From NCBI RefSeq assembly GCF_009914755.1, contig NC_060940.1: a stretch of DNA of 64,000 nt; one strand, given 5' to 3'. Positions within the stretch are counted from its first letter, which is position 1, and each line of letters starts with the position of its first letter. The notes beneath the pieces are model-generated. The model searched no databases. It was given only the letters and a program-made list of their open reading frames with translations, and had not been told where the DNA came from. This DNA is from the human T2T-CHM13v2.0 reference genome, Homo sapiens. This document shows, in pieces, positions 1-43,707 of the stretch. A program made the translations under genes and the position numbers.

Positions 1-630
<630 letters not shown>

Positions 631-639
631 GACACTCAG

Positions 640-2185
640 CTAGCTTGGCTGCAGCTTGCTTTTGCTTCCTAAAACCTGCCCCTGCCACTCCTCCAGAGGA
701 GCTGCTGTGCCTGTATTTGCAGAGAATAAAATGTGCCTGGGATTTTACTCCCCACCCCTGGGCCAGTAGAAAATAACTGACGGTGCAAGTTTATGAAAGC
801 CCAGCTCCCTTGCCTCAGGGCAGGATAACTATGAGAGGTAACTTCGACCCTTGAACCCGTGGGATAAGCCTAGGCTTTGCCCAAAATCACACCTTGCTTG
901 GCTTCTTTCCCTTTCCTGTTCTGCTTCCCCCACTTCCTTACCAGTTTCTCCTGAGATCCCTCCCTTCCTAAATCACTTGCACAGCACAGTGATTTGCACT
1001 ATTGATGCAAGACAGGCAAGCCCCACAACTGGGGCTTATCCCAGGAGGGTTCTTGGCTTCACCCAGGAAAGAGTTCAAGGGCGAGCTGGTGATATTGGAC
1101 AGCAGCTTTTATTAAAGCAGCAGTTCAGAGCAGCAGCAGAGGGACTGCTCCTCGCTGAGCAGGGCTATCCTGTAGGCAGTGTGCCCAGAATACCTAGTTC
1201 TGCAGTCATATTTATACCCACTTTTCATTATATGAAAATTAAGTGGCAGTTTATGCAGAAATTTCTAGACAAGGGTGGTAATTCCAGGTTACCAGGTTGT
1301 TGCCATGGAAAAGGGCAGTGACTTCTGGGTGTTGCCATGGCAATGGTAAGCTGACATGGCACACTGGTGGACATATCTTATGGAAAGCTGCTTCCACCCC
1401 ATCCCTGTTTTAGCTAGTCCTCAATTTGGTCCGGTGTCTGAGTCCCACCTACAGAGTTGAGTCCCACCTCCTGAGTTGAGTCTCGCCTCTTACCTCACCA
1501 TGTCCACTTAACCAAGCTGGAACCACATAACCTAGAATTCCCTTCCCTATACAGTTCTGGATTAGGTTTGGCCACAGGAGAATTTAGCATCCAATGGGGA
1601 GGGCAAGAGTGAAGCAGCATCCAAAAGCAGGTGAGCAGTACGCAGTGTTGCAACTCATCTATATTGTCATTGGTTCCCAGGCTTACCTGGTTGGTGAGGG
1701 GTGGTGAGCAGGTCCACAGCTACTCCATCTCCTGACAGCCCTCCCCCTTCAGCCTCTCCCCTTTTAGTTTCTCCTCCTTCCTCAACTCTGCTTCCTGGCC
1801 AAGGTGAGTGTCTAAACCCATGATGACGGGCACCACCTTCCCCTACAAGAGACTCCACATCATGGAAGTCGGAAGCATGCAAGTGGTTAAGAAACCAATG
1901 TGAGTTCCAGCTCATCCCCATAGGATTCAGTTCTTCCTCCTCTCCTCTATTCTACACCCATCTTTCTTTCCTGTCTGCCTGCCCTGCTGACTTCAAGCCC
2001 AGCACCAAACACAGAAGCAATGACCATAAACAATTCAACCATCTCCCATCATTGCTTTAGGCCACAACCCTGTAATCAATCCCTTATTCCATATTACTCC
2101 TTGTAGATCTGTTTCTCTGATTGAACCCTGGCTGATACACACAGGAATTCTCAGGCTCTGCTTCTGGGGAATATGACTTAAGACA
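640..2185. mobile_element. Nested LTR cluster: old ERVL-type LTR pieces with an ERV1-type solo LTR at ~1003-1497
   Basis: TG...CA bounded element (tgatgcaagac...ttacctca) inside older LTR-like sequence; families not firmly assigned. Confidence 0.55.
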
Positions 2186-2191
2186 ATTGGG

Positions 2192-2511
<320 letters not shown>

Positions 2512-3751
2512 TAATAAATGATGGGCTTTGTGACTTACCAAGGCCAAGTGATTATTCGGGCAATGCTGGACCTCAGTCCAGGTCTACGTGACTAAAGGCC
2601 ATGTTCTGTCCCCTAGAGCACGCAGCCACTGCAGACACTGAGCCATGCCAAAGCAGTGGATTCAGAGGGACTTCTGGTTCACAGTCATTTAGTGCATATT
2701 GGCAGAATTCCTCCAGATGTGTAAATATTATATTTAGTACTTAAATTCTTTAAATTCAGCATGCTCAGCCGGCAATGCCAGCAACCAGAGGGAGTTACGA
2801 CTGCTGAGAATCATGCAGCAGGGAGTCTGAGGGCAGAAACTCACCAATTCTCAGCACAGGCGCTCTTGTGGAATATTGATAGCTGGTCTAATATCTAAAT
2901 AGAGTATCTCTGGCTCTTCCTACACCAGCAGGTGTTTCTCACTCCTGGCGCCTGAAATGTGTGTGCCTTCTAAGACTGTAAAAATAGGCACCTCTCATAT
3001 TTCTATATAGGAACACTTAGAAACAAACAGCATTTGGAAAGCTGCATACATCTTATATGAAGTCATTCCACTTTTACAAGAGTCTTGCTATAAGTCTGAT
3101 GTATGAGCATAGATATTTGTATGTCTATAAAGTTCTGGTGATGATGCCCTTAAAATTCTCTGTTCCAGAGAAAAGTAGGGAGAGGCAGGACAACTGCGAT
3201 GAAGCATTGCTTTGCTTGAGAGCTCTTCACTAAACAAATGTGTAAATATCCAAATTTATGCTTTATGTTCTTAAATCCCTATATGTTATGGATTAGGACA
3301 AAAGTATCAAATTTTAAGTAGAATATTGGGAAAACCTCAAATAAAATTTAACTTTTCTAATTTTATAAATTATTTTGTTGTTGTATTGTTATTTTTTAAT
3401 TGGTTTTTCTTTTCGATATTTTCAAACCACAGTTGGTTGGATCCACAGATGCAGAACCCACAGAGGGCCAACTGTAAGTTTCTATCTATCTATATCTATA
3501 GTTTAGGTAAAGATAATGTGTATTTATATCTAAATATATCTAGGTAGATATATAGAAAATCTGCATATATCTAAATCTATGTAGAGATAGATAGAGAAAT
3601 AAACATAAAATCAAGAAGCTTCTATGAAACAAAAGTAGGGAGCTATAAAGGTAAAGACAGAAATGCAGAACAAAAAGCCAAATTAAGAAAAGAATAATGA
3701 GGAAATTTAAATTCTAATAGAATAATTAAAATCCTCATTGGAGATAATTTA

Positions 3752-4189
<438 letters not shown>

Positions 4190-4950
4190 CTACTTCCCCA
4201 GATACCAACATTTGACATTAAATGTTGCCCACCACACACATTTAAATCTAGAATTCACAAGGTGATATTTTTTAGTGCTGATGAAGTATTTATACAGTAG
4301 CTGGGAAGTTTTTTTCTTTCATTTTTATTATAAAAGCAATATAAGTTCATGATAAGAAAGTCAAACAGAGCAGAAGGGCATATACTGAAATACAAAGGTC
4401 TAATCCTGAAACCCACTACTTATGTCAGCTCCCCAGAAGTAATTGCTGTGGTTAAGATCTGTTTATTCTAGGACTTTTCTATGCACATACCATTTACCGT
4501 TTTGTTTTTATACAAATGGGACCATACTATACATTACTGTTTTGCAACTGCTTTTTTCAGTATACAATAATACATATTGAGTATCTTTCCACATACAGGT
4601 TTTCATGGCTAATATTCTACCTATCAGAGATGCACAAAGAAATTTTAACTACTCTCCTATTCTTGGACATTTAGGAGAAATATCCAAGAAATAACAATAG
4701 TCCACACAATGATATAATGAATACACATCTTCATATACAAGCTCCCCACTAGAATATAAGTTCTATGCCCGCTTTGCCCACTAGTAAGCTCCCAGAGCTT
4801 AGAGCAGTGCCTGACACATTGGGTGCCCCATAAACATTCACCAGATGACTGTATGTGTATATGTATCTATACATGTATTTAAAATTTCTGTGTAGATTGA
4901 CCAATCGCCTTCCAAAAAGATTGTTTCACTGTATACTCCTATGTATAGTT

Positions 4951-5266
<316 letters not shown>

Positions 5267-5319
5267 TAGTTTTTAAATTTTATTTTGTTTTGATCAGCTT
5301 GGGACGTCATCTGATCAAA

Positions 5320-5715
5320 CGGACTTAACACAAATTCATTATCTTCCAGTTCTGGGGGTCGGAAGTCCAAAATGGGTGGATAGAGCTGCAGTCCTCCCGG
5401 GAGCCCTAGGGGAGAATCCATTTCCTTGCCTTTTTCAGCTTGTAAGGGCTGCATTCCTTGGTTCAGTGCCCGTTCCACATCACTCTGAACTCGGCCTCCT
5501 GTCACATCTCTGAATCTGACCCTCCTACCTCTCTCTTTCTCTTATAAGCACATTTGTGATACATTGAGCCCACCTGGATAATCCATATAATCCCCCCATC
5601 TCAAGAACCTTAACATACTCACATCTGCAAACCCCCCTTTGCCACATAAAACAACCTACAGGCTCCAGGGATTAGGATATGAACATCTTTGGGAAGCCGA
5701 TATTCTGCCTACCAC
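5320..5715. mobile_element. MaLR MLT1-type LTR
   Basis: ctaggggagaatccatttccttgcctttttcagct...cacatctgcaa...tattctgcctaccac. Confidence 0.75.
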
Positions 5716-7129
5716 CGCTTGGGAGTCAGGTTTGAATTTCAGCTTTGTCATTTCAATCTTCATTTCCTAAATATGTGTTGAGTACCCCCATATCACGTCC
5801 TGAAATAGATCTAAGAAATACACTAACTAGCTCCCGTGGCCTTGCCCAAGTTATATAACCTCCCTGCACCTCCATTTTTCTCACTGGCAGAACTGACGAG
5901 ATTAATATCTGCCTCAGAGGAAACGCTGTATGTAAAGTGTCTGCCGGCAACCCTTTCCACTTAAACAGCATTCAGGAATTATATGCTATTTTCATCTTGA
6001 CAAAATGTAAGCAAAATACCAGATTAAGCAGTAAAGAGGTAGAGGAACAGATCCTCTTGGAAACGGCTAGTGTGAATGTGAATTGGTATAGGCTTTCTAG
6101 AGGGCAATGTGGCAATGTGAATGGAATGAAAAGCCTTACAAATTTTTTTCTCTTTATCCCAGTGATTATTCATTTCTAGACGTGTATCTGAAGGCCACGG
6201 CTGAATTTACATACAAAGATGTTTAGTGAAATATTATTTATATTACTGGAAGGGAAAAAGCAGAAACAGACTAAATGTCCTCTAATAAGCAATTAGGTAA
6301 GTACACCCACATAATGGAAATCTCATCAGCCATATAAAAGGACTTTGTAAAAGAATATGAAACATCATGTTCAGAGGTTTGCCAAATGTTAATGACAAAG
6401 CTGGGGATTTAAATCAGGGATATTAATTATCTCGTGTCGGTAAAAGAACTCCGTGTGATGAGAGAATGTGTATATAGATAGAAAAAAAAGGACTAAATAA
6501 AATAGATTTCGTGATGTTAACAGTGGTTATTTCCAAGTAATGGAAACAAGTGATTTTCATTTTTGTTTACTTGTATTTTCTATTTTCTAATAACAAAGGT
6601 GGGGGGTTTCTATACAAAACAATTCCTCTACTAGTTCAACTATCAGGCATTTCTAGGTATAGAACAAACACTGCGGGAGGTGTCCCTCTAGTGGAAGGAG
6701 GGATTTTTAAAAATAGTTTATTGTATTGAAGTCTTTGGGAGGCAAACAGAGGTCTGAAGTCAGTAAATGATTCTGCTTATTCCACAGCCACTGCACTCCA
6801 GCCTGGGCAACATATCAACATCCTGTCTCGGGAAAGAAAAAAAAAATTAAAAGAAGGATGGGGAGTAATCGCAAAAGGAAGGGCCAAAAACCACCCTAGG
6901 AAACAGGTGCTACTAACTCTTGGCGCATTTGGAATATTGACCAGTAACTTTTTCAACTGTCGATGTCGGGGGATTAAGCTCCTTAGGCTTACTTCCCCTT
7001 CCCTTGCTTTTTGGCAGCTTGAGGCTAGGGTGCCAGGGGATGTGGAAACTCAAAAGAGACGTGAATGGAGCCTGATATCTGCAAGCTACACCGACAGGGG
7101 GCGCCAGCCCCTACAGGTGACTCCATGAA

Positions 7130-35585
<28,456 letters not shown>

Positions 35586-35770
35586 ACAGTGATGGCTGTT
35601 TTCTTATCCCATGCCTGTACTTTTCAGCGGCTCCTTGCCAGACATCATAGGTCATTATTAATTATTGGTTTGCTATTTCATTCTTTTCCAATGCTCTTAA
35701 TGATTGTACGGTGGACCAGAAGCCAGGATTCCTCTCTGAACTCTGCAGTTAGGCATCACTTGAACTTGCC

Positions 35771-35971
35771 TGTGCCTGCTCTTTTTCCTCCCTGCACCGT
35801 CTATGCCGGGCTTAGCATGTTTCTTTTTAAATGAGGTTTGTCAGGATCAGGTAAAGTTCCTACAAGTGATTACAGAAGGTAGAAACTTTACCTGATCCTA
35901 ACAGATCTCATTTAGAAAGGAATATGCTAAGCCTGGCATGGACGGTGCAGGGAGGGAAAAGAGCAGGCACA
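35771..35971 (+). repeat. Long inverted repeat / RNA hairpin in ERCC4 3'UTR (93-nt arms, 15-nt loop)
   Basis: Manual alignment of 35771-35863 with revcomp of 35879-35971: 83/93 identical, no gaps. Confidence 0.97.
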
Positions 35972-36575
35972 AGAAAGCTACCATTTTTAACAGTCCTTGT
36001 TATCTAGTGCAACATAAATAACAGTCTTAATTGCACTTATACCCATGTCCTGTGGCTCTCCAAATCTGGTCTTTGCTGTTGTGTCTGCTGGACGCTTGAA
36101 CTGATGTTTGTGTAGGAAATCATGTTCTGACCCTTTGTCTACAAAGGAGCCTTCTGGAACACTGAGAAGAAACATCTCTTTGCCATTCCTGACCAGTTCT
36201 CTCTACCACATTTTCTTCAGCTCCATACTTCTGCCTGTCTGCTCTAAGGAAATTTCATGGAGCCTTCCTACTACTAATTCAAGACAGTCTCCTCAAAAAC
36301 TGGTTGACTAGTCTTCTAATGACCCTAACATATGTAGCATATACTATAATTTCATTGTTCCAAATTAGTATTTTTAAAGCAAAATGAATTACCTGTTTGC
36401 AAAAGTTAATGATGAAGGAGCTCTTAGAATTCTCAATTTTTGCACATATTCAGTCTCCTAATATCAGAGATCCCTAAGTCCAGCTGGCTAGTTACAGAGT
36501 TTTTTCAGACTTCCTCGTTTCTCAGCTCTTATATCCTAAGACACCAGCATCATATCCTCTAGAAATACAACCTAA

Positions 36576-36659
36576 TTGGCAGTGAGCCGAGATCGCACCA
36601 CTGCACCCCTGCCTGGGCGACAGAGTGAGACTTTGTCTCTATTACAAAAAGAAAAGAAA
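36576..36659 (+). mobile_element. 5'-truncated Alu in 3'UTR
   Basis: Last ~65 nt of Alu plus tail, perfect 15-bp TSD agaaatacaacctaa (36561-36575, 36660-36674). Confidence 0.9.
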
Positions 36660-37208
36660 AGAAATACAACCTAAGCTCACCTGCCTGTGATTCCTCATTT
36701 CTCACCATCCTGTGCCAGGGTGGCTACTTCTCTCTGTGAGGACTCAAATACAAGCCAATGAGTGGCCCACTAAGCTTTTAAGATTTGATTTTCCTGCCTT
36801 GAGATAAAAAGGAGTGTAGGTAAATGAAAGATCAATGTATGGAATATATAAAAATACGAAAGAAATATATACGTTTAAAAATCCATAAAGAAAAAAATCT
36901 CATTCTAAACCTGATTAAGTTGGCTTTTTACGTAAGTGTACAAATAGGATATTCACAGCATCTTTGTGCAGTTTTTAAACTTTTATATTTAAACATTATT
37001 AAGTTGGCTTTTGTTCACATGTTGAGTAATGGGTAGTAAATTTTCTACCTCAGGAGCTGATATAGACATCAGTTCTGCTAGCCATATCACATATTTTAAT
37101 GTTTCATCAACATCAGCTGTTTTTTTGTTTGCTACACTATTTGAACTAATAGACAGTGGATCATGTAACACAAAATTGTCTTCAACTTTAACAAAATTGT
37201 CATTGTTA

Positions 37209-37497
37209 TTTTTTTTTGAGACAGAGTCTCCCTCTGTTGCCCAGGCTGGAGTGCAGTGGCGCAATCTCGGCTCACTGCAACCTCGCCTGCTGGGTTCAAG
37301 CAGTTCTCCCACCTCAGCCTCCCAAGTAGCTGGGATTATAGGTGTGCACCACCAGACCCGGCTAATTTTTGTATTTTTAGTAGAGACGGGGTTTCACCAT
37401 GTTGGCCAGGCTGGTCTCAAACTACTGACCTCAGGTGATCCACCCACCTTGGCCTCCCAAAGTGCTGAGATAACAGGCGTGAGCCACCGCACCCACC
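37209..37497 (-). mobile_element. AluS in 3'UTR (antisense)
   Basis: Full dimer. Confidence 0.95.
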
Positions 37498-39553
37498 CAA
37501 CAAAATTATTTTTAACTGTCGTTTCTGAACTGAACCTCTCACATTGGCATCTTGATTTATTGGTACTTAACAGTATATATGGATTTTGAACTCTACACAA
37601 GGGTATAACCAGAATGAATTGAGGGGTATCAAGAACCAGATTGGTTACAGTAGAACTCTGTAAGATGATGTGGAGAGTAAGGAAAAGGAGAAGAAATAAA
37701 AATTAGTTTAAGATGGAATAAAGATTTGGGCTGCTAATTTTTTCCCAGGATTCAAAATATACCCGCTAGAATGGAAAACAAAAATTTGAATGATTACAAC
37801 ATTATCGTTAACATTCAATTTTGTATTTATTGTTTTATTGAATATAGTTCAGAGTATATTAAAATAGACCTACCACTTCAAATGATAATGATTATTATAA
37901 TGTCTCTTCACCCTATTCTAGCACTTCTGCTTGCAGTATGTGGTTTCTATTTTTTTCCTCTTGTATAATTCCACTTGCTTTTAATTGTTGTTTCATTATA
38001 TAAAAGGAACATCTTCCCATAGCATATTCTATGAAAGGGGTTTCATTCCAAGTTGAGTTTTCAAAAAAAAGGTCTTCCTAAAGCTACCATTTTCAACCGT
38101 CCTTGTTATCTAGTACAACATAAATAACAGTCTTAAAAATTGCACTAATACCAGTGCCCCCCTGGCTCTCCAAATCTGTTCTTTGCTCTTGTATCTGCTG
38201 GACGCTTGAAGACAGGTGCACTGTCTCGTATGTATTTGAATTATGAACAGTAATTTCTAATGAATTCTAAAATGGTCATTGTAAGTGAAAGCCTCTCGCT
38301 ACCACTTCCTCTTCCAACTACATAAATATATTTCAATGTATTTCCAGTTTTGGAAAGTTTTCAATACATACATCAAGTGTTTACTTAGATTTTTATAAAA
38401 ATTTTTTTTACAATCTAATAATCTTTGGTAAAGGAACTAGAGATGCATGCAGTTGCAAAATTAATGTATTTATTTTCCAGCATAATTTTATTAACTTCAC
38501 TTTTTTTCTCTCTAGTAAATATCCAGTGTACTTATGAACTCATGTTTGGCTCTTTTAAAACCTTTTCTAAAAGCTAGATCAGCATTTTTCTATTTTACAA
38601 GTTTTTTGTATAAAAAGGTGAACATATGAGATATTGTGAGAAATCATTTTAAGTTTCATTTAAATCATGGTGCCTCTTTTGATACTTTCTTAAAATTGTG
38701 CAAGAAGAAATCATTTTTAGTAGTGGTCATAAATATTATCCTTTTGGCAGTAAGCTATTACTAATTCAGCCTGAAGCTCGGTAGACAATATGTCTACATG
38801 TGTTTGAGTACATCCTGGATACAGTTTCCCAGCTCATGAGGGACTGAAAATAGTCTTATTCATCAACCCACTAGGATGTGAAGGGTTAAGTCTAGATTTG
38901 GTCGCATTGAAACCCCACAATATAGAATTAATAAATGGCCTTCAGTAGGAAAACCTACACTAAAGCAAATCCGAAGAAGTGGGGCAGGGGGAAAGAGGCA
39001 TTACTGGTCTTTCCTTTTGTTTTGCAAGCATAATTTGATTTTCCTTTGGCTCAGAAAACTCATTTGGGGAAATTCTCTTTTGTGTTCAGTTTAACCTAGA
39101 AAGGTCCTCTTGAAAAACCAACATTTTAGGAAAGTTCTTTTTTCAGGATGGAGTATATTAAAATTAAGCCAGGCTTTGACGTGAATTATCACTTTTCTTT
39201 ATTATTTTGTTTTCTATTTTGGTTTATAGCTATTTCTGGTTCAGTTCTGAACTTCAGCACTTAATCATCCTTATCAACCAGGCTTTTGGTAGCCTAAACC
39301 GCTATGCTGTTGTTTTTTTAATTTAAAGATGTATAAGCCAAAATTTGGATGGGAGTGAGACATAACTGATTTATATGAATTTTAACAGAGTTGTATTTGT
39401 GTGTGTTTAATAAAATATATATTTATTCAGTACTTTCCTCAGTATTTTATGGGCAAAGTAAAAATAACAATGCATAGTGAAAGGGCATATATTACCAGCA
39501 GTAATAATTCAAAATCCTGAAAATGTTTCATTTTTTTTGTTTTTGTTATGCAG

Positions 39554-39559
39554 AATAAA
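39554..39559 (+). terminator. Likely distal polyadenylation signal AATAAA
   Basis: Canonical hexamer with upstream U-rich tract and downstream ctttttgctgttt. Confidence 0.65.
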
Positions 39560-40325
39560 CAAGGCAGAAATGCTCTTTGAACCACTGCTTTTGCTGTTTA
39601 ATTCATTTGATAACCTACTTTCTAAGACTTGAAACTATTAGTTATTTTTCCTTTCTGCTTTTCATTCTGTATCATGTCTCCTTAAGGAGGAAAACAAAAC
39701 AAAACAAGAAAACTATTCTTCTGAAAATATTCATTTGTCAGTTTGTAATGAGTGTGTGGTAAACACAATGCCTGGGATATCTTAGCTCAACAAAGGTGAA
39801 TTCCTTGCCACTCCTGCCTCGTACATTTTTGTTCCTTTAATTTCAGAGTTGGAAGAAATGAATTATCCTTTCAACACCTCTGGAATTTATTGTAATCTTT
39901 CAAACAAGTTTAATTATTGGTTACTGATTGGCTCATTTCAATGATTTAATTACATTTGCTTCTTCAAAATGTAGATCTGTATCCCTTTTTAACAAGGTGT
40001 GAGACAGGTTATTTCTCAACATGTTTTAGTGTCTGAATAAAACTTTGGCAGACTAACCCCTTAGTAGCGGCACTGTAACTCACATTTTTTTAAAATCACT
40101 TATGCATTATCTCATTTAATCCTCATAACGAAGCCATGAAGGTACTATTATTTAATCTTGTTTTACATGATGAAACTGAGACACAGAGACGCTAAGTAAT
40201 TTGCTCAAGGTGGAACCATGATTTGATACCTTGATGTACAGCCCATAATGAAATAGTGGGGTTATGGGGGGTAGTGGGAAACATTTCTGTACACTTCTAT
40301 GTATCTGATTACAAATATGTCATAG

Positions 40326-40652
<327 letters not shown>

Positions 40653-41103
40653 GCAAATTGGTATGTTTTTATATCTCTCTTAAAGTGTCAAAAGGAAGTA
40701 TGTAAAACTTAGATACAATAATACTGAGTTTCCTCTCTGTGTAGAGCTAGATATTTAGCAGTTGCCTAGGCTGCCTCTGATTTTCTAGGGCCATATGCCT
40801 CTTGGTCACTGATTAGGAAGGCTATTTTGCAACTTCATAAGAATAGAGGTTAATTTAAATAAAACTGTTGGCCATGCAAATGATTCTTGTCCAGTTGCAT
40901 TGCAAAGGTCATTGCCTAGTGTAGCATTAACCAGTTTTGCATTTTTTCACAAACGTATTTCTGCACTCCTTTGACCAACAAATTCCAAATCTCCAGGTCC
41001 TTGACTTTCTTCTGAACCAGTCTTAATGATTTCCTCATTGAGTGAGTCAAATAAAATCTTTGACTTCTGTTTTGTTCTTTTTGTATAAGAGGCATGGTTT
41101 TAA

Positions 41104-41400
<297 letters not shown>

Positions 41401-42940
41401 TATGGTTTTAACTTTTTGAAAATTGTCCTTTATAATGGTATTGCCAGCATGAGCTCCTGAAGCTCCCATATAATGATAAAACCCTGTTTCCAGCCTCATG
41501 CATCCTAAAGTTATAAAATAGAAGAGGGTAATATATATACACATGTATATATATAAAATCAAGAAATATATATATTTCTTAAATATGTAAGAAGTATAAC
41601 GTACTAATACATTAACATTGAAAACTATGATTAGATATTAATTTTAAGAACTACAAATTTTAAGATGCTGGCATTTTTCAATGGACTCATCCTCATTCCG
41701 TTTACAAAAGCTCAGCTGAATATTTAGTCTAAGTTTCTTTTCTGTGTAGCCGTTGACTATCAGTGTTAAAGAGGCTGATTCATGAATGAGAAAGAAAAGG
41801 AATTTTTGATAATCCCAAAGATCTATTTGTGTGACTAAGATATTTCTACGTGAGAAGAACACAGCTCTCTGAGGCCTGAAAGGTAAACAAAATCAACTCA
41901 AGATTTTAAATAAAAGAGTTTCCTGGTTTCATGAAAATAGTAAATAAACCAGGTCTAATAAAATGGTAGTATGGCATATTTGAGATGGTAATATTTAGGG
42001 ACCCTTTCCTATAATTATGAGTTCCAGAACTTGGTGTCAATTAAAGAGTCCTCTTAACTGAGTAAAAGATTTGCCTCCCTGTGCAACTTTATTTCTGGGA
42101 AGGGTGACACCCAACAGAAGCTTAGGAGAGAAGACAGTTTAGTAGACCAAGAGAAGCGTGACCAGGCAGGTTTATTTTCAGCGTCAGGCATTAGTGCATA
42201 AGGCAGAGGGCTCTCTCTGGGTTTGATGCTATAACAAACAGTCCACGCCATCGAGGGACATTCAGTCTTGCAGTGAAGAGAAGTCAGAGGCAGAAAATGA
42301 GCAGGTGGAAGAATAAAAAATCCACAAGAGAGATAGAAGTGTTCCTGAGGTCAGAGGAAGAGGTCATATCCCTGCAGGGAACAGGAATAGCCTCAGAGAG
42401 GAGGTAGAATTCGAGATGGGTCTTAAAAAACAGCTAGGATTTCAGCAGACAGATGCAGGGCTCTGCACTTCAGCCCCGGTCTACCACATTAGTGAAGAAA
42501 CAGATGGGAAATAGAATAATGTTTAAAGAGGGAGTTGTGAACGCTAAGTAGGAGCAATACGAGGGCCATATTGTAGGAGTCTCTTAAGGGCTAGGATGAG
42601 GAGTTCTCATTTCAGTAGAAAAGCGAATGTTCAATTAAGGAAAAAATGAACCAGAAGACTTTTAAAATTTTGGTCTGGCAGTAGAGATTTTGAAATGGAA
42701 AGGAACTAATATTAATTTACAGTGTGCCATGTGGGTTGTGTATGCTACCTTTACAGACAAAGAGACATACTGAGAGATTAAGTGACTAAAGCCACAGTGG
42801 AAGGACATTGCAGATTCAGACTCCAAAACCTGTCATCTTTCTGCCAGACCTTGCTGTCTAGAAGGGAGGATTGGAGGTGAAAAGACCACCTCAGAAGCTG
42901 TTGTAACAATCTAAGCAACAGGTAACGAAGGCCAGAACTA

Positions 42941-43707
<767 letters not shown>

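Larger units (their letters stand above)
35586..39585 (+). other. ERCC4: ERCC4 3'UTR (~4 kb; 3' end approximate)
   Basis: Follows stop; AATAAA at 38930, 39409 and 39554, the last followed by U/GU-rich sequence; length consistent with recalled ~6.8 kb mRNA. Confidence 0.75.

Noticed and set aside
3478-3600. Quasi-palindromic TATC/GATA-rich tract
   Set aside because: Low-complexity decayed microsatellite; self-complementarity is expected
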